DNA of 28,972 nt, taken from IMG/VR virus record IMGVR_UViG_3300048599_000559, positions 1 to 28,972 of that record. One strand, written 5' to 3'. Under the pieces are notes generated by a model. It was not told the origin of the DNA and searched no databases. It saw only the letters and a list, made by a program, of their open reading frames with translations. Source of the stretch: a virus. Its lineage: Duplodnaviria; Caudoviricetes. Of the stretch, positions 1 to 8,682 are shown one piece after another (position 1 is the stretch's first letter; every line of letters begins with the position of its first letter). The position numbers and the translations under genes were made by a program.

Positions 1-324
1 GGTGGCGGCCTTGGCGGCCTGGGCTTTCTTTGGCGCGACAGTGGCGGCCTTGGGCGCGGGGGTGGGCGTCAGTGCCTGGATGGCCTTCCAGATCCGGTTG
101 ACCGCCGTCTTGCGGTCCGTGAACTTCTTGATCGGCTTCAGGCGGTCGAAGGGGACCACGCCGGCGAAGGCGTTCCAGACTTCGGCGAACCGGCTGATGG
201 GCCACTCGGCGGAGAGCTTGGCGAACTCCTTCTCGGTGGTGAAGTGGGGCTGGCCCTCGGGCGCCTGAGCGGAGGCGGCGAAAGCGCTGATGTTGTTGTC
301 GGTGTCGATGGCAAAAGTGGTCAT
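1..324 (-). CDS. DUF3489-like protein, N-terminal part (truncated at window edge; absent from the ORF track)
   Basis: ATG at 324 with AAGGAG SD at 336-331. Translates MTTFAIDTDNNISAFA...KKFTDRKTAVNRIWKAIQ followed by an Ala/Lys/Pro linker, as in DUF3489 proteins near prophage terminases. The DUF3489 domain itself would be outside the window. Confidence 0.7.
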   Translation of the reverse strand, partial: MTTFAIDTDNNISAFAASAQAPEGQPHFTTEKEFAKLSAEWPISRFAEVWNAFAGVVPFDRLKPIKKFTDRKTAVNRIWKAIQALTPTPAPKAATVAPKKAQAAKAAT

Positions 325-339
325 AGTCTGCTCCTTGAT

Positions 340-567
340 TCAGAATTCGAGGCCGTCGAGAGTCCCGTCGGCGGTTGGCAGCAAGTCCGTGTAGTTGCGG
401 CGGGCGATCAGCGCCCAGCCGAACGGCGTCGCCAGTTCGTGGCGGACACCCGTGTGGCCCAGCTTCAGGCGATGCGTTCCGTTGTCGAGTTCGCGCTCGA
501 GGTGGCCCCAGCGGTCGAGCCGCCAGGAGTTGCGCGTGGCCCAGGCGATCAAGTCGCTGCGGGTCAT
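340..567 (-). CDS. Hypothetical phage protein (75 aa, MTRSDLIAWATRNSW...)
   Basis: ATG at 567 preceded by GGAG. Tightly packed between two co-oriented ORFs. The longer upstream extension in the ORF track overlaps the next gene. Confidence 0.7.
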   Translation of the reverse strand: MTRSDLIAWATRNSWRLDRWGHLERELDNGTHRLKLGHTGVRHELATPFGWALIARRNYTDLLPTADGTLDGLEF

Positions 568-569
568 GG

Positions 570-818
570 TCAGCACTCCAGGCCTTTCGCCTCGACCGCG
601 CTGCGATCGCCGAGGGCGGCGAGGACGTAGGCCAGTTCTTCGCTGATCCGGCCAAGGTCGCCCGGGTAACCCCAATTCGCGGGCTCGGCGGCCTGCTCCT
701 TCTTGTGCTGTTCCAGGCGGCTGGCGATTCGCTTCAGCAGGTTCTGGCATTCGGCGTGGCGTTCCGCGTAGCAGGCTGCTGCGGTCTGTTTGGCGGTTTG
801 TGCTTTGGTGTTCCTCAT
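570..818 (-). CDS. Hypothetical helical phage protein (82 aa, MRNTKAQ...NWGYPGDLGRISEEL)
   Basis: First gene of the leftward cassette. The NWG-x-x-GDL helical motif is typical of small prophage proteins. An alternative start exists at 833. Confidence 0.7.
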   Translation of the reverse strand: MRNTKAQTAKQTAAACYAERHAECQNLLKRIASRLEQHKKEQAAEPANWGYPGDLGRISEELAYVLAALGDRSAVEAKGLEC

Positions 819-827
819 CGCGAACCC

Positions 828-862
828 ATTCATCACTTCGGGCGCGCGAAGAAGCAAGCGGA
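828..862 (-). promoter_or_regulatory. Candidate leftward promoter/operator for the small-gene cassette
   Basis: The minus strand reads TTGCTT-cttcgcgcgcccgaagtg-ATGAAT, with a CTTCG/CGAAG inverted repeat (836-851) in the spacer. It lies in the divergent intergenic region. Confidence 0.3.
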
Positions 863-908
863 ATTGAACAACTGAATCTCTCGACGTTTCAAACACATCG
901 GGGCATAG

Positions 909-1397
909 ATGGCGGATAAGCTGATTACCCAGGCCGAGTACGCGCGGCACCGGAGCAAGAGCCGCCAGTACATCAGCCGCCTGGCCAAGGCCGGCGCGCT
1001 CGTGATGCGAGGGGGCAAAGTGGACGCCGCCGCCTCGGATGCCGTGCTCGACGATCGCCCGGAACCGATCTCAGAGCGCGTGGTCACCACGCCCGTGGAT
1101 GCCGCGCCGTCGGTGACCACGTTCGCACAGGCCAAGACCGCCGACATGGTCTTCAAGGCCAAGCTCCGCAAGATGGAGTACGACGTCCGGATGGGCAAGC
1201 TCGTCGAGGCGGAGCTCGTCAAGCAGCGGTGGTCCACGATCTACCGGCTGATCGTCGACCGAGTCCTGGCGTGGCCCAATCGGCTGGCGCCTGAAGTGGC
1301 GGCGCTCACCGACGAGCGTCAGGTACGCGAAACGATCCTGCGGGAGGCGCGCGCGCTGGTCAACGATCTGCGCGCCGACGTGCAGTATGCGCGTTGA
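909..1397 (+). CDS. Terminase small subunit (Nu1-like)
   Basis: N-terminal HTH-like ITQAEYARHRSKSRQYISRL, a coiled region ending in GKLVEAE, and overlap with the large subunit start. Confidence 0.85.
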   Translation: MADKLITQAEYARHRSKSRQYISRLAKAGALVMRGGKVDAAASDAVLDDRPEPISERVVTTPVDAAPSVTTFAQAKTADMVFKAKLRKMEYDVRMGKLVEAELVKQRWSTIYRLIVDRVLAWPNRLAPEVAALTDERQVRETILREARALVNDLRADVQYAR

Positions 1398-3219
1398 AGA
1401 AATCCAGATCCTCGCCGCGGATGTGCTCGCGCCGCCGCCGGACCTGACGGTATCGGCATGGGCCGATCAGAACCGGCGACTCTCGTCGGAGTCGGCAGCG
1501 GAGAAGGGTGAGTGGCGCACGGATCGCGCTCCATACCAACGCGCCGTGATGGATGCCATGGGGCCGGCCAGCCCGTTCGAAACGATCGTGATGATGTGGG
1601 CGGCACAGTCGGGCAAGAGTTCGATGCTGGAGAACTTCCTCGGCTACGTCATCGAACTCGATCCGGGGCCGGTGCTGCTTGTCGAACCCCGCGAGGTGGA
1701 CGCGGAGGCGTTCTCGAAGGACCGCCTCGCGCCCATGCTGCGTGATACGCCGTCACTCGGTGGCAAGGTGGCCGACTCCCGTTCGCGCGATTCGAACAAC
1801 ACCATCCTGCACAAGAAGTTCATGGGCGGCAGCATCACACTGGCGGCGGCGAACTCGCCTGCGGGCCTCGCCATGCGGTCGATCCGGTATTGCCTGCTCG
1901 ACGAGGTAGACCGCTATCCCGCGAGCGCAGGCAGCGAAGGCGATCCGGTAAACCTCGCCATCACGCGCACGTCGAATTTCTGGAATCGCAAGATCGTGCT
2001 GTGCTCGACACCCACAACCAAAGGCGCGTCGCGCGTCGAACAGGCGTGGCTCGAATCGAACCAGCAGAGCTTCTGGGTGCCTTGCCCGCACTGCGGAGGC
2101 GCCCAGATTCTGCGCTGGGAGAATCTGATCTGGCCGAAAGCCGACCCCGAGAAGGCCGAGTACCGCTGCGAGCACTGCTCGCGAATGATCGCCGACTGGC
2201 AGAAGCACGGGATGCTGCGGGCCGGCGAGTGGCGTTCGGCGCGGCCGGATGTGGCGGGCATTGCCGGCTTCTGGATCAATGGGCTCTACTCGCCGTGGCG
2301 CAAGTGGGGAGCGCTCGCGACGAAGTTCCTGGCGGACAAGCGGTCGGTCGAGACGCTGCGCGAATTCGTCAACACGGTGCTTGCCGAGCCATGGGACGAT
2401 GCCGCCGAGACAACGGTCGATCAGGCAATCGTGATGGCCCGCCGCGAGCACTACAGGGCGGCGGCTCCATACGGCGCTGTCGTGCTGACGGTCGGCGTGG
2501 ACGTTCAGAAGGACCGGCTCGAGTTGGAACTGGTGGGCTGGGGACGCGGCGAGGAGTCGTGGTCCATCGAGTACCGGATGCTGCCGGGCGATCCATCGGG
2601 GGCGCTGGTCTGGCAGGAGCTCGACACATACCTGGAGCGGCGCTGGCCGCACGAGACCGGAATCTCGCTGCCCGTTTCGGCGTGCTGCATCGACGCCGGC
2701 TACGAGTCGCAGGCGGTATATGAGTTCTGCCGGACGCGCTACCACCGGCGCATCTTTGCCGTGAAGGGAAAGGGCGGTCCGTTGCCCGTGTGGCAGCGGA
2801 AGCCCACGGCGAAGAACATCCGCGGGGAGAAACCCTGGATTGTTGGCACCGACACCGCCAAGGAGACCATCTACGGACGGCTGAAGAATCCAACGCCCGG
2901 CACGCCAGGGTATTCGCACTTCCCGGCGGATCGCGGCGAGGGGTATTTCGAGCAGCTGCTGGGCGAAGTCCTGGTGACCACCTACGCAAAGGGCCAGCCC
3001 AAGCGCGAGTGGCGGCCAAAGCCTGGCGTCAGGCAGGAGGCACTGGATGCGCGTGTCTACGCCTACGCCGCGCTGCGTTCGCTCGTTTCCATGGGCCTGT
3101 CACTCGACAACGAGGCCGACCGAATACTGGCCGCCAACCGTCCTCGCCCGGTAGCGAACGACGATCCGGACCGCAGCCCGTGGCTGGGTGGCCGGGGAAA
3201 GAAGTGGTTTTCACGATGA
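1387..3219 (+). CDS. Terminase large subunit, lambda GpA family
   Basis: PPPDLTVSAWAD N-terminus, Walker A AAQSGKS, Walker B LLDEVD, STPT coupling motif, CPHC...CEHC Zn motif, nuclease GVDVQKDR and EALD. Confidence 0.97.
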   Translation: MRVEEIQILAADVLAPPPDLTVSAWADQNRRLSSESAAEKGEWRTDRAPYQRAVMDAMGPASPFETIVMMWAAQSGKSSMLENFLGYVIELDPGPVLLVEPREVDAEAFSKDRLAPMLRDTPSLGGKVADSRSRDSNNTILHKKFMGGSITLAAANSPAGLAMRSIRYCLLDEVDRYPASAGSEGDPVNLAITRTSNFWNRKIVLCSTPTTKGASRVEQAWLESNQQSFWVPCPHCGGAQILRWENLIWPKADPEKAEYRCEHCSRMIADWQKHGMLRAGEWRSARPDVAGIAGFWINGLYSPWRKWGALATKFLADKRSVETLREFVNTVLAEPWDDAAETTVDQAIVMARREHYRAAAPYGAVVLTVGVDVQKDRLELELVGWGRGEESWSIEYRMLPGDPSGALVWQELDTYLERRWPHETGISLPVSACCIDAGYESQAVYEFCRTRYHRRIFAVKGKGGPLPVWQRKPTAKNIRGEKPWIVGTDTAKETIYGRLKNPTPGTPGYSHFPADRGEGYFEQLLGEVLVTTYAKGQPKREWRPKPGVRQEALDARVYAYAALRSLVSMGLSLDNEADRILAANRPRPVANDDPDRSPWLGGRGKKWFSR

Positions 3220-3395
3220 AGGTGCGCAGCGGACCCCAAGGCGCGGCTGGCGGGTGGGAGTACCTGGTGGTGACCGGGGATGCGGAGTCACGGGACCTGC
3301 TCGCCGAGCACGGCGCACAAGGCTGGGAACTCGTCGCCGTTGTACGCGAGTTCGGCACGCGCGCCACCTTCTACTTCAAGCGGAGGCCGCAATAG
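3216..3395 (+). CDS. DUF4177-like microprotein (59 aa)
   Basis: ATGA overlap with the terL stop. Signature WEY...GAQGWELVAV...YFKR. Its stop directly abuts the next ATG. Confidence 0.8.
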   Translation: MKVRSGPQGAAGGWEYLVVTGDAESRDLLAEHGAQGWELVAVVREFGTRATFYFKRRPQ

Positions 3396-3599
3396 ATGGC
3401 ATGGACACAAGCGCAACTCGATGCCGTTGAGGCGGCAATTGCGAGCGGTGAACTGACCGTCCGCTTCGGGGATCGCACCGTAACGTACCGCTCCATGGAC
3501 GAACTGCTTCAGGCGCGCGGCGTCATCAAGGATTCGCTTGCCGCCGAATCCGGCATGGCCACGGACCGTTTCAGCTTCGCGCAGACCTCAAAAGGATGA
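3396..3599 (+). CDS. gpW-like head-tail joining/adaptor protein
   Basis: MAWTQAQLDAVEAAIASG...V.YRSMDEL motif; located immediately before the portal. Confidence 0.88.
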   Translation: MAWTQAQLDAVEAAIASGELTVRFGDRTVTYRSMDELLQARGVIKDSLAAESGMATDRFSFAQTSKG

Positions 3600-5098
3600 C
3601 CTGGCTCGACAAAGCAATCGCCTGGGTGTCGCCCGAAACCGGTCTGCGCCGAATGCGCGCGCGCCGCGCCGGCGAACTGATCCAGCTCGCCTATGAGGGC
3701 GCCCGCACGGACCGCCGTACCGGTGGTTGGGTGACCAGCGGGAATTCGGCCAACGCCGAGGTCGCCGTCGCCTTGTCCAAACTACGCGAGCGGTCCCGCG
3801 ACCTCGTGCGCAATAACGCATACGCCGCGCGCGCCGTGGCCGAGGTGGTTGGCAACGCGATCGGCACTGGAATCACGGTGCAGAGTCGTAGCGGCAACCC
3901 GGAATTCGATCGCGGTGCAAACGCAGCATGGACGAACTGGATGGACGAGTGCGATGCCGATGGGCAACTCGACTTCTACGGTCTGCAAGCGCTGGTCGCG
4001 CGCACCGTTTTCGAAAGCGGCGAGTGCCTGGTGCGCCTGCGCCAGAGGCGCGCCTCCGATGGCATGGCTATTCCTCTCCAGATCCAGGTTTTGGAGCCCG
4101 ACTACCTGGACCAGACGAAGACTCAGCGGACGGACACGGGCTACATCATCCAGGGCGTCGAGTTCGACCTCGTCGGCCGCCGTACCTTCTACTGGCTCTA
4201 CGGCCAGCATCCCGGTGATGTCGTACAGACGGGCACCCGCGGCGGAGCATCCCTCCAATCGATCCGGGTGCCGGCATCGGAGGTCCTGCACATCTATCGC
4301 AAGGATCGGCCGGGCCAAGTGCGCGGCGTCCCGTGGCTCGCGCTGGTCGTCGTCACGCTGCGCGATCTCGACGAGTACGAGGAAGCCGAACTGGTTCGCA
4401 AGAAGATCGAGGCGTGCTTCGCGGCCTTCGTGACGCAGCCGCAAGGTCCGGACGGTCCGCCGATCGCGCCAACAACGCCGGATCCGGCTACGGGCAAGCG
4501 TGTCGAAAGCTTCGAGCCGGGCATGATCGAGTACCTGAAGCCTGGTGAAGAAATCACCTTTGCTTCGCCGTCGACGTCTGCCGGGTACCGCGATTACGTG
4601 TCGGCCAAACAGTCACAGATCGCCACGGGACTGCAACTCACCTACGAGCAGCTGACCGGCGACCTCTCCCGCGTGAACTACTCGTCGTACCGCGCGGGAT
4701 TGTTGAGCTTTCGAAGCGGGATCGAAGGGTTCCGATGGCTGACGTTCATCCCAATGTTCTGCGCACCGGTGTGGGAACGCTTCCTAACCGTTGCGTATGC
4801 GGCCGGCGCGATCCCGAAGCCCGGCCCAACCCGCGCGGAGTGGACGCCGCCCGGCTTCGGTAGCGTCGATCCCTATAAAGACTCCATGGCTACGCTGGTT
4901 CGGCTTCGCACCGGCACGCTGACGCTGCGCCAAGCCATCGCATCCGAAGGCTATGATCCAGACGCGCAACTCCAGCAAATCGCGGAGATCAACCGCTTGC
5001 TCGATGCCGACGGCACCATCCTCGATTGCGATCCCCGGCGCGTCACCAAGACTGGCACCCAGCAGAAGGACCCCACAAATGAATCCAACCAACTTTGA
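3596..5098 (+). CDS. Portal protein, lambda family
   Basis: LRERSRDLVRNN, RPGQVRGVPW, YEQLTGDLSRVNYSSYR and VDPYKD motifs; 500 aa. Confidence 0.96.
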   Translation: MTWLDKAIAWVSPETGLRRMRARRAGELIQLAYEGARTDRRTGGWVTSGNSANAEVAVALSKLRERSRDLVRNNAYAARAVAEVVGNAIGTGITVQSRSGNPEFDRGANAAWTNWMDECDADGQLDFYGLQALVARTVFESGECLVRLRQRRASDGMAIPLQIQVLEPDYLDQTKTQRTDTGYIIQGVEFDLVGRRTFYWLYGQHPGDVVQTGTRGGASLQSIRVPASEVLHIYRKDRPGQVRGVPWLALVVVTLRDLDEYEEAELVRKKIEACFAAFVTQPQGPDGPPIAPTTPDPATGKRVESFEPGMIEYLKPGEEITFASPSTSAGYRDYVSAKQSQIATGLQLTYEQLTGDLSRVNYSSYRAGLLSFRSGIEGFRWLTFIPMFCAPVWERFLTVAYAAGAIPKPGPTRAEWTPPGFGSVDPYKDSMATLVRLRTGTLTLRQAIASEGYDPDAQLQQIAEINRLLDADGTILDCDPRRVTKTGTQQKDPTNESNQL

Positions 5099-6971
5099 GA
5101 CTCCCTCGCGCGAACGGCTTGAGGTGCAGTTTGAAGCGCTGTCGCCATCGTCTCGCGAGGACCGTACCGCCACGCTCACGTGGTACACGGGTGCGGCGGT
5201 GCGCCGCTACGACGGCCGCGGCCAGTTCGAAATGCGCTTCTCGATGGAGACGGGAGCGGTCCGCATGGGAAGGCTGGCGAGCGGTTCTGCGCCGTTGCTC
5301 AACTCGCACCGCGATTTCACGGTCGATGACGTCATCGGCGTGATTACGAAGGCCTGGGTGGAGAACGGCCTCGGCAAGGCCACAGTGCGGTTCTCAAAGC
5401 GCGCCGACGTCGATCCCGTCTGGCAGGACGTGCAGGACGGCATCCTGCGCAACGCCTCTATGGGAGTCGCGATTCACGCGGTGGAGGATGCGACGCCGCA
5501 AGGGGCAGCAATGCGCCAGGTGCTGGTGACCGACTGGGAACCCGAAGAGGTGTCGCTCGTTCCCATTGGCGCGGATCCCGGCGCGGGATTCAGATTTCAA
5601 CGGGCAACAGGCCCACAGGAGCAGAAGATGGACGACCCCATCGTTACCGCCACGGGCGAAGAGGCCCGTGTCGAAATCAACGTGGACGCGGAGCGCCAGG
5701 CGGCTGCGCTGGCCGAACGCTCGCGGATTCACGAAATCGAGAAACTCGGCCGCGCCGTCAACCTCGACAGCAATCTGGTTTCACAGCACGTCGAGGCCGG
5801 CACCGCGCTCGAGGACTTCCGCAAACTCGCGCTGGACGAACTGGCCAAGCGTAGTGAGGCGACGCCGATCCGCAGTGCGACCGCCTCGGTCACCTGCGAC
5901 GAAGCCGACGCGCGGCGCGCGGGAATCATGGCCGCGCTGTTGCATCGCTACGATCCGGCGGTGTTCCCGCTGAAGGACGATATCGGCCGCGATTGGACCG
6001 GGCAGACACTGCTCGACCTCGCGCGGGAGTGCCTGGAGGCTAACGGCACCCGCACGCGCCGGCTGCCGCGGCACGAGATCGCCCGGCTCGCTCTCTCCAC
6101 CTCGGACTTCCCCTCGATCCTGGCAGACGTCGCCAACAAGACCCTGCGGCAGGCCTACGAGACGTACCCGCGCACTTTCCTGCCGTTCTCGCGCCGGCGT
6201 TCGGCGGTGGACTTCAAAAACATCAACGCGGTGCAGTTGGGCGAGGCTCCGTCACTCCAGAAGGTGAACGAGAAAGGCGAGTTCACCCACGGCTCGATCG
6301 CCGAATCCAAGGAGACCTACAAGCTGGCCACGTACGGACGGATTGTCTCGATCACCCGTCAGGTGATCATCAACGACGATCTGAGCGCGTTCACTCGCAT
6401 CCCGGCTGGGTTCGGTGTGGCGGCGGCGACGCTCGAAAGCGATACCGTCTGGGGCATCGTCACGGCCAACCCGAACATGGGCGACGGAGTGGCGTTGTTC
6501 CATGCCAACCACGCCAACCTCAACTCCGGCGGCGGCAGTGCTCTGGCGCTCGCCGGTCTCGGTACCGGCATGGCGGCGATGGCCAAGCAGAAGGGGCTCG
6601 ACGGAATCACGGTGCTGAATGTGCAGCCGCGCTACGTGGCAGTTCCGGTTGCGCTCCAGCTCACCGCGTTCCAGTTGGTAGCCGCCAATCTCGCCCCGGC
6701 GCAGTCGGCGAACATCGTGCCGGACTACATCCGGGCGCTCACCCCGATCGCGGAACCGCGTCTGGATGCCGCAAGCGCCACGGCGTGGTATCTGTTCGCC
6801 TCGCCCGACCAGATCGACACCATCGAGTACGCCTACCTCGAAGGTCAGGACGGCGTGTACATCGAGACGCGCCAGGGCTTCGATGTGGACGGCGTCGAGA
6901 TCAAGGCACGCCTGGACTTTGGGGCGAAGGCGATCGACTGGCGCGGCATGCAGAAGAACGCTGGCGCGTAA
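5079..6971 (+). CDS. Prohead protease-major capsid fusion (HK97/U35-type protease + Mu gpT-like capsid), 630 aa
   Basis: Start reassigned to ATG 5079 (GAAGGA SD at 5065-5070). Protease motifs PLLNSH, NASMG and EVSLVPIGAD; capsid motifs STSDFPSILADVANKTL, TYGRIVSITRQVIINDD and RLDFGAKAIDWRG. Confidence 0.93.
   Translation: MNPTNFETPSRERLEVQFEALSPSSREDRTATLTWYTGAAVRRYDGRGQFEMRFSMETGAVRMGRLASGSAPLLNSHRDFTVDDVIGVITKAWVENGLGKATVRFSKRADVDPVWQDVQDGILRNASMGVAIHAVEDATPQGAAMRQVLVTDWEPEEVSLVPIGADPGAGFRFQRATGPQEQKMDDPIVTATGEEARVEINVDAERQAAALAERSRIHEIEKLGRAVNLDSNLVSQHVEAGTALEDFRKLALDELAKRSEATPIRSATASVTCDEADARRAGIMAALLHRYDPAVFPLKDDIGRDWTGQTLLDLARECLEANGTRTRRLPRHEIARLALSTSDFPSILADVANKTLRQAYETYPRTFLPFSRRRSAVDFKNINAVQLGEAPSLQKVNEKGEFTHGSIAESKETYKLATYGRIVSITRQVIINDDLSAFTRIPAGFGVAAATLESDTVWGIVTANPNMGDGVALFHANHANLNSGGGSALALAGLGTGMAAMAKQKGLDGITVLNVQPRYVAVPVALQLTAFQLVAANLAPAQSANIVPDYIRALTPIAEPRLDAASATAWYLFASPDQIDTIEYAYLEGQDGVYIETRQGFDVDGVEIKARLDFGAKAIDWRGMQKNAGA
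5617..5630 (+). promoter_or_regulatory. Internal in-frame ribosome binding site and start codon (AGGAG-6 nt-ATG)
   Basis: AGGAG at 5617-5621 and ATG at 5628, in frame with 5079, located right after the protease domain. Confidence 0.6.
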
Positions 6972-6989
6972 TCCAGGAGGAGAGAAGCA

Positions 6990-7331
6990 ATGAAGAACTA
7001 CGTACAGAAGGGCGAGACGATCACGCTCACTGCGCCTTATGCGGTGAGCGCTGGTGGCGGCGCGCTCGTTGGCTCCGCCTTCGGTGTGGCGACGAACGAT
7101 TTCGCCAACGGCGAGGATGGCGAGTTCCAGGTGGCAGGCGTATTCGACCTGACCAGAGAAACGGGCGCCAGCACCGGATTCACCCAGGGATCCCTCATCT
7201 ACTGGGACAACACCAACAAGCGCATCACCAAGACGGTCAGCACCAACAAGCTGATCGGTGTGGCGGCGAAGACGGCGGCCGACAGTGATGCCACCGGTCG
7301 CGTGCGGCTCAACGGAGCGTTCATCTCCTGA
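6990..7331 (+). CDS. DUF2190 family capsid cement/decoration protein
   Basis: MKNYVQKGETITLTAP...GVA...GVF...YWD...VRLNG; strong AGGAGG SD; follows the capsid gene. Confidence 0.92.
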   Translation: MKNYVQKGETITLTAPYAVSAGGGALVGSAFGVATNDFANGEDGEFQVAGVFDLTRETGASTGFTQGSLIYWDNTNKRITKTVSTNKLIGVAAKTAADSDATGRVRLNGAFIS

Positions 7332-7633
7332 TGCCGTTCGCCGATTCGATTGGCCGTTTGGACGCGGCATGCCTGCGGGTCTTCGGGCGGGAGGTCACGT
7401 ACCTGCCCGAGGCCGGTGGGCGTGCCACCGTCCGCGCGGTGTTTCAACCTACGCGCGAGGCCGAAGATGCGTCGCCCGGCATCTATGCCGTGCTGTTCCT
7501 GCGCTTGGCGGATCTGGCGGCGGCTCCCGTCCGAGGAGACGAGGTTGAAATCAACGCCGCGCGCTACAAAGTCTTCGATATCGAAGCCGATGCCGAGGGT
7601 GGCGTGGTGCTGCGGGTTCGACAAACAGGCTGA
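7331..7633 (+). CDS. Head-tail joining (head closure, FII-like) protein
   Basis: 100-aa beta-rich protein with PVRGDEVEI...Y.V motif; TGATG coupling; expected position. Confidence 0.7.
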   Translation: MPFADSIGRLDAACLRVFGREVTYLPEAGGRATVRAVFQPTREAEDASPGIYAVLFLRLADLAAAPVRGDEVEINAARYKVFDIEADAEGGVVLRVRQTG

Positions 7634-8058
7634 TGCCGTCGATCCGTATCTATCAAAAAAGGCAGATCCGCCTCGACCGCCTGAACTTCCGCCAGACGCA
7701 GATGTTCAAGATCGGCAACGTGGGCGTCGCGGCGGTGAAGAACCGCTTGGCGGCGGCACAAGGCCCCTCCGATTCCTCGGCTAAACCGCTCACGAAGCGC
7801 TACGCCATCTGGAAGACGAAGCTCGGCCGAGGCAATCGCCGGAACCTCATGCTCTCCGGCGATATGCTGCGCAACTTCCAGGTCCGAACGGTGAGCGAGA
7901 ACCGTGCCAAGGCCGCAACCTCCACACGTAAGGACCGCATCAAGGCCTGGATCACGAACAAGATCGAGCCTTGGGTGGTCTTCTCGCCGAAGAACAAGCT
8001 CGCCGTGGTGGAGGCTACGCGCCGGGTGCTGATTGAAATTAAGGGCCGTCTCATATGA
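7633..8058 (+). CDS. Basic neck/tail-completion protein (Mu gpG / P2 gpS-like)
   Basis: KPLTKRYAIWK...NLMLSGDML resembles the virion morphogenesis motif; very basic; expected position. Confidence 0.6.
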   Translation: MPSIRIYQKRQIRLDRLNFRQTQMFKIGNVGVAAVKNRLAAAQGPSDSSAKPLTKRYAIWKTKLGRGNRRNLMLSGDMLRNFQVRTVSENRAKAATSTRKDRIKAWITNKIEPWVVFSPKNKLAVVEATRRVLIEIKGRLI

Positions 8059-8528
8059 TCAATCCCGCAGAACTCGTGGACAACTTCGTGCGCCAGCTGC
8101 GCGCGATTCCCGACCTTGTCGGTGAGATGGATGGCGATCCGGACCGCATCTACGCCTACCACGACCACTTCCCGAAGAAGGCCAGCTTGGTGCATGCGAT
8201 CCACGCGATGCCGGCGCCGGGCGTTATGGCGGTCTGGCAGGGAACGGCGCCCGGTAGTTTCGGCGCCTCCGACGTTTGGAAGCACCAAGTCACGGTCTAC
8301 CTGCGGGCGCGACAGACCGATGAGACAGACCCGCCGACGGCGTACTACCGGCTGTTCCGGCTCATCACCAAGGGCACACCGGTCGGCTCCGACGTGCCTT
8401 TGCTGAACGTTACAGTCCATCCCTCCTGCTACCCAATGGACTTGCCGCAGATCCAGCGGCAGACCGACGCGGAGGGGCTGGATTACTTCGAGGTTCCCAT
8501 CACATTCACGGAGATCGGCGATGAGTGA
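8055..8528 (+). CDS. Putative tail terminator protein
   Basis: 157 aa, ATGA-coupled, positioned before the tail tube gene. The call is positional. Confidence 0.55.
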   Translation: MINPAELVDNFVRQLRAIPDLVGEMDGDPDRIYAYHDHFPKKASLVHAIHAMPAPGVMAVWQGTAPGSFGASDVWKHQVTVYLRARQTDETDPPTAYYRLFRLITKGTPVGSDVPLLNVTVHPSCYPMDLPQIQRQTDAEGLDYFEVPITFTEIGDE

Positions 8529-8682
8529 AGAACGCGTCTGGATGCGGCCGCCTTGGGGCGCAGGCGAGCCGAAGCAGGTCGAGGCGACGCCCGACGTACT
8601 GGTGCCGTTGATGACGACGGGCTGGACGCAGTGCGATCCGGCCGTGAGCATCGGGGAGGAGATTGCAGATGTCCACGACTAG
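8521..8682 (+). CDS. Small hypothetical protein (53 aa, MSEERVWMRPPWGAGEPKQVEATPDVLVPLMTTGWTQCDPAVSIGEEIADVHD)
   Basis: GGAG SD at 8511-8514. Overlaps the upstream stop and the downstream start, filling the gap exactly. Too short for the ORF track. Confidence 0.7.
   Translation: MSEERVWMRPPWGAGEPKQVEATPDVLVPLMTTGWTQCDPAVSIGEEIADVHD

Noticed and set aside
850-908. cos/packaging site upstream of terS
   Set aside because: The region is AT-richer, but no cosN-like dyad or R-box repeats could be identified.
1753-2919. Long antisense or alternate-frame ORFs (e.g. 1753-2919, 6252-7370, 13296-14999, 16323-17687, 19808-21214)
   Set aside because: Shadow frames of high-GC coding genes; Arg/Pro/Ala-rich with no recognisable motifs.
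4953-5078. N-terminal extension of the protease-capsid ORF
   Set aside because: Overlaps the portal by over 140 nt; ATG 5079 has an SD and fits better.
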